Below, one piece after another: positions 1 to 12,179 of a stretch of 25,275 nt of DNA. The notes below the pieces were generated by a model. It saw only the letters and a list, made by a program, of their open reading frames with translations. It had not been told where the DNA came from and ran no database searches. The DNA comes from Tubiluchus corallicola. Lineage: Eukaryota > Animalia > Priapulida. The number at the start of each line of letters is the position of its first letter. Position 1 is the stretch's first letter. Position numbers and translations under genes: made by a program. The stretch is from the NCBI GenBank assembly GCA_030141605.1, contig JAQGDQ010001794.1, positions 1 through 25,275 on the forward strand, read 5' to 3'.

Positions 1-2246
1 AGTTACTGAGTGTGAGCTAATCAGAGAGTTTACTGAGTGACTGGTGTGAGTTACTGAGTGTGAGCTAATCAGAGAGTTTACTGAGTGACTGGTGTGAGTT
101 ACTGAGTGTGAGCTAGTCAGAGAGTTTACTGAGTGACTGGTGTGAGTTACTGAGTGTGAGCTAGTCAGAGAGTTTGCTGAGTGACTGATAGTTAGTTACT
201 GAATGTGAGCTAGTCAGAGAGTTTACCAGTGACACACAGTAGTTAGTTACTGAGTGTGAGCTAGTCAGAGAGTTTACTGAGTGACTGATAATTCAGTTAT
301 GAAATGTGAGCCTAGTCAGGAGTTTACTGAAACACTGCCAGATAACCACTGAATGTGAACAGTCAAGAGAGTTTACTGATGACTTCTCAGTTAGTCACTG
401 AGACAGCCAGACAGACAGTTTACTGAGTGACTGATAGTTAGTTACTGAGTGTGGCTAGTCAGAAGTTGCAGTGAGCACTAGTTAGTTACTGAGTGTAAGC
501 TAGTCAGACAGTTTACTGAGTGAATGATAGTTAGTTACTGAGTGTGAGCTAGTCAGAGAGTTTACTGAGTGACTGCTAGTTAGTTACTGAGTGTGAGCTA
601 GTCAGAGAGTTTACTGAGTGACTGCTAGTTAGTTACTGAGTGTGAGCTAGTCAGAGAGTTTACTGAGTGACTGCCAGTGAGTTACTGAGTGTGAGCTAGT
701 CAGAGAGTTTGCTGAGTGACTGCCAGTGAGTTACTGAGTGTGAGCTAGTCAGACAGTTTACTGAGTGAATGATAGTTAGTTACTGAGTGTGAGCTAGTCA
801 GAGAGTTTGCTGAGTGACTGCCAGTGAGTTACTGAGTGTGAGCTAGTCAGAGAGTTTACTGAGTGACTGATAGTTAGTTACTGAGTGTGAGCTAGTCAGA
901 GAGTTTACTGAGTGACTGCCAGTGAGATACTGAGTGTGAGCTAGTCAGAGAGTTTGCTGAGTGACTGCCAGTGAGTTACTGAGTGTAAGCTAGTCAGAGA
1001 GTTTACTGGTGACTGATAGTTAGTTACTGAGTGTGAGCTAGTCAGAGAGTTTACTGGTGACTGATAGTTAGTTACTGAGTGTGAGCTAGTCAGAGAGTTT
1101 ACTGAGTGACTGCTAGTTAGTTACTGAGTGTGAGCTAGTCAGAGAGTTTCTGAGTGACTGCCAGTGAGTTACTGAGTGTGGAGCTAGTCAGAGAGTTTAC
1201 TGAGTGACTGCCAGTTAGTTCTGAGTGTGAGCTAGTCAGAGAGTTTACTGAGTGACTGCTAGTTAGTTACTGAGTGTGAGCTAGTCAGAGAGTTTACTGA
1301 GTGACTGATAGTTAGTTATTACTGAGTGACTGCTAGGTAGTTACTGAGTGTGAGCTAGTCAGAGAGTTTACTGAGTGACTGCTAGTTAGTTACTGAGTGT
1401 GAGCTAGTCAGAGAGTTTACTGAGACACTGCCAGTTAGTTACTGAGTGTGAGCTAGTCAGAGAGTTTACTGAGTGACTGCTAGTTAGTTACTGAATGTGA
1501 GCTAGTCAGAGAGTTTACTGAGTGACTGCTAGTTAGTTACTGAGTGTGAGCTAGTCAGAGAGTTTACTGAGTGACTGATAGTTAGTTACTGAGTGTGAGC
1601 TAGTCAGAGAGTTTACTGAGTGACTGATAGTTAGTTACTGAGTGTGAGCTAGTCAGAGAGTTTACTGAGTGACTGCTAGTTAGTTACTGAGTGTGAGCTA
1701 GTCAGAGAGTTTACTGAGTGACTGCTAGTTAGTTACTGAGTGTGAGCTAGTCAGAGAGTTTACTGAGTGACTGTCAGTGAGTTACTGAGTGTGAGCTAGT
1801 CAGAGAGTTTACTGAGTGACTGCTAATTAGTTACTGAGTGTGAGCTAGTCAGAGAGTTTACTGAGTGTGAGCTAGTCAGAGAGTTTACTGAGTGACTGAT
1901 AGTTAGTTACTGAGTGTGAGCTAGTCAGAGAGTTTACTGAGTGACTGATAGTTAGTTACTGAGTGTGAGCTAGTCAGAGAGTTTACTGAGTGACTGATAG
2001 TTAGTTACTGAGTGTGAGCTAGTCAGAGAGTTTACTGAGTGACTGCTAGTTAGTTACTGAGTGTGAGCTAGTCAGAGAGTTTACTGAGTGACTGCTAGTT
2101 AGTTACTGAGTGTGAGCTAGTCAGAGAGTTTACTGAGTGACTGATAGTTAGTTACTGAGTGTGAGCTAGTCAGAGAGTTTACTGAGTGACTGCTAGGTAG
2201 TTACTGAGTGTGAGCCAGTCAGGGAGTTTACTGAGTGACTGCTAGG
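1..2246. repeat. 49-bp minisatellite, about 46 copies, runs off the left edge; probably within an intron of the protease gene
   Basis: Unit AGTTACTGAGTGTGAGCTAGTCAGAGAGTTTACTGAGTGACTG(A/C)TAGTT; period 49 (e.g. tgactg at 1621 and 1670); TTACTGAGTG occurs twice per unit; degraded block at ~220-480. Confidence 0.97.
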
Positions 2247-2315
2247 ATGCTTTTCTCTAACTAGGTGAGATTTTTGTTTTGTCGGCTGGTACCAACAAAT
2301 ACCAGATCAGTGTCC

Positions 2316-4336
2316 TAGTTGTAAGCTTAGTGCCAGCTCCATACAAGGAACAGGAAGTTGTAAGCTTAGTGCCAGCTCCAAACAAAGAACAGGAAGTTGT
2401 AAGCTTAGTGCCAGCTCCATACAAGGAACAGGAAGTTGTAAGCTTAGTGCCAGCTCCAAACAAAGAACAGGAAGTTGTAAGCTTAGTGCCAGCTCCAAAC
2501 AAAGAACAGGAAGTTGTAAGCTTAGTGCCAGCTCCAAACAAAGAACAGGAAGTTGTAAGCTTAGTGCCAGCTCCAAACAAAGAACCGGAAGTTGTAAGCT
2601 TAGTGCCAGCTCCAAACAAGGAACAGGAAGTTGTAAGCTTAGTGCCAGCTCCAAACAAGGAACAGGAAGTAGTAAGCTTAGTGCCAGCTCCAAACAAAGA
2701 ACAGGAAGTTGTAAGCTTAGTGCCAGCTCCAAACAAAGAACAGGAAATTGTAAGCTTAGTGCCAGCTCCAAACAAAGAACAGGAAGTTGTAAGCTTAGTG
2801 CCAGCTCCAAACAAAGAACAGGAAGTTGTAAGCTTAGTGCCAGCTCCAAACAAAGAACCGGAAGTTGTAAGCTTAGTGCCAGCTCCAAACAAGGAACAGG
2901 AAGTTGTAAGCTTAGTGCCAGCTCCAAACAAAGAACAGGAAGTTGTAAGCTTAGTGCCAGCTCCAAACAAGGAACGGGAAGTTGTAAGCTTAGTGCCAGC
3001 TCCAAACAAAGAACAGGAAGTTGTAAGCTTAGTGCCAGCTCCAAACAAAGAACAGGAAGTTGTAAGCTTAGTGCCAGCTCCAAACAAGGAACAGGAAGTT
3101 GTAAACTTAGTGCCAGCTCCAAACAAGGAACAGGAAGTTGTAAACTTAGTGCCAGCTCCAAACAAGGAACAGGAAGTTGTAAGCTTAGTGCCAGCTCCAA
3201 ACAAGGAACAGGAAGTTGTAAGCTTAGTGCCAGCTCCAAACAAGGAACAGGAAGTTGTAAGCTTAGTGCCAGCTCCAAACAAAGAACAGGAAGTTGTAAG
3301 CTTAGTGCCAGCTCCAAACAAAGAACAGGAAGTTGTAAACAGTGCCAGCTCCAAACAAGGAGCAAGGAAGTTGTAAGCTTAGTGCCAGCTCCAAACAAGG
3401 AACAGGAAGTTGTAAGCTTAGTGCCAGCTCCAAACAAGGAACAGGAAGTTGTAAGCTTAGTGCCAGCTCCTAACAAAGAACAGGAAGTTGTAAGCTTAGT
3501 GCCAGCTCCAAACAAGGAACAGGAAGTTGTAAGCTTAGTGCCAGCTCCAAACAAAGAACAGGAAGTTGTAAGCTTAGTGCCAGCTCCAAACAAAGAACAG
3601 GAAGTTGTAAGCTTAGTGCCAGCTCCAAAAAAAGAACAGGAAGTTGCAAGCTTAGTGCCAGCTCCAAAGAACTACCAGGAAGTTGTAAGCAGTGCCAGCT
3701 CCAAACAAAGAACAGGAAGTTGTAAGCTTAGTGCCAGCTCCAAACAAGAACAGGAAGTTGTAAGCTTAGTGCCAGCTCCAAACAAAGAACAGGAAGTTGT
3801 AAGCAGTGCCAGCTCAAACAAAGAACAGGAAGTTGTAAGCTTAGTGCCAGCTCCAAACAAAGAACAGGAAGTTGTAAGCTTAGTGCCTGCTCCAAACAAG
3901 GAACAGGAAGTTGTAAGCAGGTGCCAGCTCAAACAAGAACAGGAAGTTGTAAGCTTAGTGCCAGCTCCATACAAGGAACAGGAAGTTGTAAGCTTGGTGC
4001 CAGCTCCAAACAAAGAACCGGAAGTTGTAAGCTTAGTGCCAGCTCCATACAAGGAACAGGAAGTTGTAAGCTTAGTGCCAGCTCCAAACAAAGAACAGGA
4101 AGTTGTAAGCTTAGTGCCAGCTCCATACAAGGAACAGGAAGTTGTAAGCTTAGTGCCAGCTCCAAACAAAGAACAGGAAGTTGTAAGCTTAGTGCCAGCT
4201 CCAAACAAAGAACAGGAAGTTGTAAGCTTAGTGCCAGCTCCAAACAAAGAACAGGAAGTTGTAAGCTTAGTGCCAGCTCCAAACAAAGAACAGGAAGTTG
4301 TAAGCTTAGTGCCAGCTCCATACAAGGAACAGGAAA
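2316..4336. repeat. 39-bp minisatellite, about 52 copies, intronic
   Basis: Unit GTTGTAAGCTTAGTGCCAGCTCCAAACAA(A/G)GAACAGGAA; explains the VVSLVPAPNKEQE and TTSCSLFGAGTKL ORFs; frame-breaking indels between ~3340 and ~3930. Confidence 0.97.
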
Positions 4337-4419
4337 GTACTTCAATAATCACTAACAATATAGCAGCTTATTCCCAGAATTCACTCAGGGAGAAAAATTA
4401 CAAAGTTTTGTTAACTTAC

Positions 4420-4612
4420 CATATGTCTTGTAACCCCAGCCACTCACAGTTGCATTTTTGCCTACACAATTGTCATGCAACTCTTGTCCTTCAGGCATTT
4501 CCACCTTGTTAATAAAATTATCAAATGTAACTTTTGACTTTAATCTCAACAGTGCTATATCATTAGCGTAGTTGTCTGGATTAAAGTTTGGATGAATGTG
4601 GTTCTCTGATAC
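4420..4612 (-). CDS. Trypsin-like (S1) serine protease, coding exon 5, contains the catalytic Asp
   Basis: ctttgtag|GTA...TAT G|gtaagt; translates VSENHIHPNFNPDNYANDIALLRLKSKVTFDNFINKVEMPEGQELHDNCVGKNATVSGWGYKTY (HP.F, NDIALL and SGWG motifs); phase 0 start matches the upstream exon. Confidence 0.95.
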
Positions 4613-4660
4613 CTACAAAGCATAATGATGGAGAATTATTAGAACAGACACGTTGTTAAA

Positions 4661-5075
<415 letters not shown>

Positions 5076-6118
5076 TTATTGAATATTTTAATGCATTTTA
5101 CATAATGACAAAATTCATGATTGCGAAATGAAGATCATCAAATTTACTAAGAAATTAATACTAAAGATATTTGAGGACAATGGTCCTTTGATTATGACAA
5201 AAAAGGGAAAAATAATAAAAGCACGAAAAATTTAGTAAAATCATAAAAACAATGCTATAAAACACAATCGTAAAAAATGCAAGATTAGCTCGACGACAGA
5301 AATGGGTAAAACATGCGTAAACACGCAGCAGGAAAGGGAATTGTACACAATTGTTATTGTTCACAAATGGCGTAGTGTTTTAATGTTTATCTAAAACTAA
5401 TAATTTTTATATAGTTGCCAGTATTCGGGCATCTAATACTCAAGTCTTGTGGCGGGACTGGAACGTAACTCATAATCAGTGGTAATCATCTATGATGAGC
5501 TATTGAACCAGCGGGAGAGTATTAGTCACGTTTTTTGTATATACGCCATTACTTATACGTACAGGCAAGTAGTCAGAAATGATAAAGCGAATATAAAGTA
5601 CTAAACGTTAGTCACCCGTCCATTCACTGTTTAGCTTGCACGATTCTTAACTTGAAAATTAGCAATACGAAAGTTTCCATTAGCCAAGATGTTGACTTTT
5701 GCTTTTCACGCTATTAAGACAGTAACTTTTTCAGACACGCATGGCAAACTTGGGGTGACTATTGACGGGGTGGTAAAGCGCGGAGTGGTTATGTGTAGGG
5801 CCAATAATTCATTTGCCCGGAGGCCCCGTACTTCCGACTCCTCACGCCTTGTTCGCAGAGGAGGTTAGTGGTTTCAAACTAAGACGTGCCATCGAGGCAG
5901 ATCGTCTTTTTCCCAGGACCTCTAGTGGGAGCCCCGGTGCCCAAAGATTAGGGCTTCCAGTGGTAAGAGCAGTGGTAAGAGCTGAAGCCACCCCGCGTCT
6001 GTCTTGGCTACTTTTCTTGTAATAGCTGAAAGTAAACTCTTTAATTCTTTAAAATATTTAAGCTAGAATCGGCATTTTTGAAAATTCACAAGCCTAGATC
6101 TTTCAGCCTTAGCATATG

Positions 6119-7260
6119 TGAATGACCAATATACGTGCTTAATTAGCAGGAGAGATAGTCCTTAGGTCCCCTGAATGACAAATACAGCTGCTTAACTAGC
6201 AGGAGAAATGGCTCTTAGGTCCCCTGAATGACCAATATATGTGCTTAACTAGCAGGAGAGATGCCTCTTAGGTCCCCTGAATGACCAATATATGTGCTTA
6301 ACTAGCAGGAGACATGGCTCTTAGGTCCCCTGAATGACAAATATATGTACTTAACTGGCAGAAGACATGGCTCTTAGGTCCCCTGAATGACAAATATATG
6401 TGCTTAACTGGCAGGAGACATGGCTCTTAGGTCCCCTGAATGACCAATATATGTGCTTAACTGGCAGGAGACATGGCTCTTAGGTCCCCTGAATGACCAA
6501 TATATGTGCTTAACTAGCAGGAGACATGGCTCTTAGGTCCCCTGAATGACAAATGTATGTGTTTAACTGGCAGGAGAGATGGCTCTTAGGTTCCCTGAAT
6601 GACCAATATATGTGCTTAACTAGCAGGAGAGATGGCTCTTAGGTCCCCTGAATGACCAATATATGTGCTTAACTAGCAGGAGACATGGCTCTTAGGTCCC
6701 CTGAATGACCAATATATGTGCTTAACTAGCAGAAGACATGGCTCTTAGGTCCCCTGAATGACCAATATATGTGCTTAACTAGCAGGAGACATGGCTCTTA
6801 GGTCCCCTGAATGACCAATATATGTGCTTAACTAGCAGGAGACATGGCTCTTAGGTCCCCTGAATGACCAATATATGTGCTTAACTAGCAGGAGACATGC
6901 CTCTTAGGTCCCCTGAATGACCAATATATGTGCTTAACTAGCAGGAGAGATGCCTCTTAGGTCCCCTGAATGACCAATATATGTGCTTAACTGGCAGGAG
7001 ACATGGCTCTTAGGTCCCCTGAATGATCAATATATGTGCTTAACTAGCAGGAGACATGGCTCTTAGGTCCCCTGAATGACCAATATATGCTTAACTAGCA
7101 GGAGACATGCCTCTTAGGTCCCCTGAATGACCAATATATGTGCTTAACTGGCAGGGGAGATGGCCTTGGGTCCCGTGAATGACCAATATATGTGCTTAAG
7201 TAGCAGGAGACATGGCTCTTAGGTCCCCTGAATGACCAATATAGGTGCCTAATTAGCAGG
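6119..7260. repeat. 53-bp minisatellite, about 21 copies, intronic
   Basis: Unit TGAATGACCAATATATGTGCTTAACTAGCAGGAGACATGGCTCTTAGGTCCCC; period 53 (aggt at 6641 and 6694). Confidence 0.97.
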
Positions 7261-7329
7261 CAAATCATTGAATAGACAATGTGTCTGTATTGCAGTATGT
7301 TAATTATGCTAATATTACGTCAGACTCAC

Positions 7330-7399
7330 CCACTCTCTACGAGTATACCCAAGATGCTTTTCACTGCCGAGATATATCATGAGTTTTGAGGACGACATT
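7330..7399 (-). CDS. Trypsin-like serine protease, coding exon 4
   Basis: tttttttctgcattcag|A ATG...TGG|gtgagt; 70 nt, phase 2 to phase 0, translates (G)MSSSKLMIYLGSEKHLGYTRREW and joins the His and Asp exons in frame, supplying the expected 'V.LG' strand. Confidence 0.9.
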
Positions 7400-7486
7400 C
7401 TGAATGCAGAAAAAAACATTCATGTAAATAATTCTTCAGTTTGTAAGATAAGAAAACTAGAAACCTAGGGGAAATAAGAGGCAGTG

Positions 7487-7755
7487 AGAGGAGGAGAGAG
7501 TGAGAAGAGAGAGAGAGAGAGAGAGAAAGATAGAGAGGCAGAGATAGAGAGAGAGGGGGAGAGAGGAGAAAAAGAGAGAGGGAGGGAGAGAAAAAGAGAG
7601 AGCGAGAGAGAGAGAGCGAGAGGGAGAGAAAGAGAGAGAGAGAGAAAGAGAGAAAGAGAGAGAGAGAGAGAGACAAGGACAGAGAGAGAGAGAGAGGGGG
7701 AGGGGAACGTGAGGGAGAGAAAGAGAGAGAGAGAGGGAGAGAGAGAGAGAGAGAA

Positions 7756-7789
<34 letters not shown>

Positions 7790-8013
7790 ATAGAGAGAGA
7801 GAGAGAGAAAAAGAGAGAGAGAGAGAAAGAGAGAGAGAGAAGGACAGAGAGAGAGAGAGAAGGACAGAGAGAGAGAGAGAAGGACAGAGAGAGAAAGAGA
7901 GAGAGAGAGAAAGAGAGAAAGAGAGAGAGAGAGAAAGAGAGAGAGAGAAAGAGAGAGAGAGAGAAGGACAGAGAGAGAGAGAGAGAGAAGGACAGAGAGA
8001 GAGAGAGAAGGAC

Positions 8014-8089
<76 letters not shown>

Positions 8090-8137
8090 GGAGAGCAAGA
8101 GAGAGAGAAAGAGAGAGAGGGAGAGAGAGAGAGAGAG
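7487..8137. repeat. Imperfect (GA)n microsatellite with a short (TA)n insert
   Basis: Visible directly; source of the SL/ER-repeat ORFs. Confidence 0.97.
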
Positions 8138-8469
8138 AACGAACATATTTTGACACAATAAGCAAAACAGGACGAGCAAACAAACCTCTCAGCACGAAGA
8201 GATTATGAGCATGAAAGATAGGTTAATCAGTGATAAGACTATTGATACTCATAGAGCTGCAATGAGTTACACTCAGAACTGTATTACGATCTTTGCTAAA
8301 ACAGCAAGTAGTTGAATCCAAAACCTGATTATGGTCTATTAGGATAATAAATGACTGCACCCAGAACTGTAATATGTTCTTTTGTTAAGATTGCAGTAGC
8401 TGAAGCGGAAATCAGCTTATAATATTTATTAACAGAGTATACAGCTGGACCCAAAACCTGATTATGGTC

Positions 8470-8910
8470 TGTGGAAATTGTAACTGTATATTTTTAGGTG
8501 CTGCCATCTATTAACTAATCCTTTTACATTTTACTAGCTAAACTCACCCTAGTATAATTGTACGGTCCAGTGAATATGCATACTCACTGGATCTCTCCCT
8601 ATTTTACAGTAATGGTTTTTGTGAAGCCAAGTGTGCAATTACCTATACCTATATATACTGACTGAATTCTACTTCTAGTCACTCTCTGTCTCACTCTCAA
8701 TGCAGTGCAGAAGTCGTGCTACTCAGCTGTCTAACTCACACTCTCAGCGCAGTGCAGGACACTCTTGTTCTCAGTGTTCAGTGTAGCAGTCATTCTACAT
8801 ATGTGTATGTAGTCTAATAAACGCTTTTCAGTTTTGTGCAGATATGCACTATAGTTGTTTATTCTTTTTCTACAAAGTGTTCAACTACAACCTCAACCAT
8901 GACTTTCACA
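8470..8910 (+). mobile_element. Solo LTR, copy 1 (441 bp)
   Basis: TGTGGAAA...TTTCACA termini; 5-bp TSD TGGTC at 8465-8469 and 8911-8915; internal AATAAA at ~8816; close similarity to 10423-10815; an uninterrupted copy of the target (ccaaaacctgattatggtctatt) sits at ~8318-8340. Confidence 0.85.
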
Positions 8911-9123
8911 TGGTCTATTCCGAACTTCATATAGCAAATACACTTTTCTATGACCACCTCATCTCTCGGTATTATGATCCTGTTTCTCAGGGCAACAAAA
9001 TTGGGTCCTTTAACTCCGTCCTGAACCAGTTTAGGGTCCTGCTTGTCTATTTTCTGTCTTTTGAATGTGAATAAGAAGGAAGGTTTCAACGGTCCGTATA
9101 ACAAGTAACTACTTCATACTTAC

Positions 9124-9212
9124 CCTGAAGTGCAGTGGGCGGCTGTCAACACCCACTTTCGACTGACTAGTACCCCTCCACAAAAGTATTCGCCTCCAAT
9201 GTCAATCCCAAC
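9124..9212 (-). CDS. Trypsin-like serine protease, coding exon 3, contains the catalytic His
   Basis: cattgttctactag|GTT...TCA GG|gtaagt; translates [29 protein letters not shown], the canonical S1 His motif. Confidence 0.97.
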
Positions 9213-9544
9213 CTAGTAGAACAATGAATGTAAGAGACAATGACGTTGAGCATCAGAAGTCGAACCTCGAGAAAAATAGTGAAGGCGAGGCAACAATTAG
9301 AATAAAATTTAAAACTTGCCAGTTTTAGTTTTTTTCACAATCTTTCTTAAGGCTTGATGATTATTAGTTATTATAATCTTCATATCAAGATCATTGTCAT
9401 CATTATGTACAATATTTATTGTCATTTTATTTCAAATTCAAAATCATTGAAAACCAATTATGTAGACTGCGGAACTACTGAATTCGTGTTGCCAAGACAC
9501 AAGAAATACTCATAGACTGTGTTGCCACACTGCATGGGAGTTGT

Positions 9545-9678
9545 ACCAAACGAGTGGACTAATACGTGAGCCTTGTAACAGAATTTCTCTGGTTCAAATC
9601 CAGGATTTGCCATATTTCTTCACATTTGTTTTCTATCTATTTTGGTATTAAAATTGAATTAATTAAAGTGTTTATGTT

Positions 9679-9680
<2 letters not shown>
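9545..9680 (+). mobile_element. Possible degenerate tRNA-derived SINE ending at a (TTA)n tract
   Basis: B-box-like GGTTCAAATCC at 9591-9601 about 40 bp after an A-box-like AGTGGACTAA; a further degraded tRNA-like head on the minus strand at ~9845-9900. Confidence 0.4.

Positions 9681-9768
<88 letters not shown>
9681..9768. repeat. (TTA)n microsatellite
   Basis: Perfect trinucleotide run. Confidence 0.97.
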
Positions 9769-10422
9769 GTCAACGTTATAATGAGAGACCCAGAATTTTT
9801 TAAAAACAAATTCGTCTAAATAAAAAACTGTAGGATCTGTGAAGATTTGTACCAGAAACCTTTGAATTGCAGGTCTGGTGCCATAACCTCTAGACTACTC
9901 AGAGTTTAAGCAAATAATGGTGGAAGGTAGCAACTCTGTCAATGCAGCCCAAATGTTTTAAGGCTGTGATTAGTTTACGTCATAGAATATAATTACAAAC
10001 TCTTTAATTTAATTCTTTGAAATTAATTTGGATTCCATTTAAAACAGAGGATAATTTATGAGTTAAATTCTGGTTTAAATGTAAGCAAAATTACAACATT
10101 TTCACAATTTTTTATTTTTATTGCAGTTAAATAGTAAAATAAGTTTATTAATTTATAATTTCTTCCAAAAGATTGAACCTTGACATGGTATTTTTAAAAA
10201 AATATAAAGATATAGTTTCTTTATAGTCTCATCAAGCAAACTAGTTTCATCTTTTCGAGCAAGTTCGCTTACAAAATTCGACAATTAGTTTCATTCTTTG
10301 CAATTTTAACATAAAATATTATTTTTAATTATTAGTTAATCGTGCTAGAAAATAATTAACATTTTTTAACGGGTGATGTGAAAAGTCTAGAAGGGGCAGT
10401 TTGTTTCGGTTTTAATATGAAC

Positions 10423-10815
10423 TGAGGAAATTGTAACTGTATATTTTTAGGTGCTGTCATCTATTAACTAATCCCTTTACATTTTACTAGCTAAACTCAC
10501 CCCTAGTATAATTGTACGGTACAGTGAATGCATACTCACTGGATCTCTCCCTATTTTACAGTAATGGTTTTTGTGAAGCCAAGTTTGCATAATTTCCTAT
10601 ACCTATATATACTGACTGGATTTACTTTCTAGTCACTGTCTAACTCTCAGTGATCAGTGCAGGACACTCTTGTTCTCAGTGTTCAGTGTAGCAGTCATTC
10701 TACATATGTGTATGTAGTCTAATAAACGCTTTTCAGTTTTGTGCAGATATGTAGTATAGTGTTTTATTCGTTTTCTACAAAGTGTTCAACTACAACCTTA
10801 AACATGACTTTCACA
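10423..10815 (+). mobile_element. Solo LTR, copy 2 (393 bp), same family and orientation as copy 1
   Basis: TGAGGAAA...TTTCACA termini; 5-bp TSD TGAAC at 10418-10422 and 10816-10820; lacks an internal duplicated segment of about 50 bp present in copy 1. Confidence 0.85.
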
Positions 10816-10877
10816 TGAACAATGATGCATTCATCAGAAATAAATTTAGGAAGTTAAAAACATAGCAGGACACATAC

Positions 10878-10942
10878 CTGGTACGGAAATTCTCTCTTGG
10901 CGACACTTGCAACTGCCCAGCTGCTGTCAACCTTTCCTTCAA
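10878..10942 (-). CDS. Trypsin-like serine protease, coding exon 2 (start of the protease domain)
   Basis: ttttttatattttttcaag|TT GAA...CAG|gtatgt; translates EGKVDSSWAVASVAKREFPYQ; EFPYQ|V joins the His exon at phase 0. Confidence 0.9.
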
Positions 10943-11224
10943 CTTGAAAAAATATAAAAAAATGATTATTTAGTAATTATATAATGGCGTTCAGGCCTGT
11001 ACATAGTAAGTTTGGTCTGCTGTCATAGTGTAAAGTTTTAAATTCATTCTCTTTAAATATTTAACTTTTTGAGAAAATGCGATAGAATTCTGCTAAGTTT
11101 GCAAAAATGCTTAGAATTGATATTTGATAATGATGCTGATAATTATTATTGTTCAATGGATAACCTGTGTAACTTTCGTATAACTGTCTTTCCTTGATTA
11201 GTGTTGCGTTTGATTTGTTAAACA

Positions 11225-11275
11225 GTCCCTGATGAGACCCTTAATAGAGTGAAACATGTGCAGGACGATAATAAA
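11225..11275 (+). ncRNA. Degenerate minimal type I hammerhead ribozyme motif followed by AATAAA (Penelope-like or retrozyme remnant)
   Basis: GTCC-CTGATGA(11229-35)-GACCCTTAATAGAGT-GAAAC(11251-55)-ATGTGCA-GGAC, then AATAAA at 11270; stem II and the cleavage site are imperfect. Confidence 0.5.
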
Positions 11276-11328
11276 GGCGTCCATCAAAAAATATTGCACT
11301 GGCTGCTGTATTAGCAATTATATTGTAA

Positions 11329-11332
<4 letters not shown>

Positions 11333-11380
<48 letters not shown>

Positions 11381-11539
11381 TAGATAGGTAGGTAGGTAGG
11401 TAGGTAGGTAGGTAGGTAGGTAGGTAGATAGATAGATAGATAGATACATAGATAGATACATAGATAGATACATAGATAGATAGATAGATAGATAGGTAGG
11501 TAGGTAGGTAGGTAGGTAGGTAGATAGATAGATAGATAC

Positions 11540-11575
<36 letters not shown>

Positions 11576-11635
11576 GTAGATAGGTAGATAGGTAGGTAGG
11601 TAGGTAGATAGATAGATACATAGATAGATAGATAT

Positions 11636-11668
<33 letters not shown>

Positions 11669-11795
11669 TAGATAGATAGATACATAGATAGATAGATACA
11701 TAGATAGATAGATAGATAGATAGATAGGTAGATAGGTAGGTAGATAGGTAGGTAGGTAGGTAGGTAGATAGATAGATAGATACATAGATAGATAC

Positions 11796-11854
<59 letters not shown>

Positions 11855-11880
11855 CGTAGGTAGGTAGGTAGGTAGGTAGG

Positions 11881-11974
<94 letters not shown>

Positions 11975-11996
11975 CGTAGGTAGGTAGGTAGGTAGG

Positions 11997-12079
<83 letters not shown>

Positions 12080-12135
12080 GTAGGTAGGTAGGTAGGTAGA
12101 TAGATACATAGATAGATACATAGATAGATAGATAT

Positions 12136-12168
<33 letters not shown>

Positions 12169-12179
12169 TAGATAGATAG
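11333..12179. repeat. (TA)n followed by compound (TAGA/TAGG/CAGA)n microsatellite
   Basis: Visible directly; source of the YLSI-repeat ORFs. Confidence 0.97.

Noticed and set aside
2257-4512. Long ORFs on both strands, including repeated FGAGTKL resembling an Ig/TCR J segment
   Set aside because: Products of a 39-bp (3n) minisatellite with frame-breaking indels; no recombination signal sequences or splice donors per unit; lies in a protease intron.
8470-10815. A single TRIM/LARD element with two LTRs and a PBS (TGGTC after the first LTR)
   Set aside because: Each LTR has its own matching TSD, the outer flanks differ, the TGGTC is the TSD, and the interior is host intron and exon.
10795-10840. 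Second hammerhead (minus strand CTGATGA...GAAA)
   Set aside because: Stems I-III do not form; the motif is an accidental junction of the LTR end and its flank.
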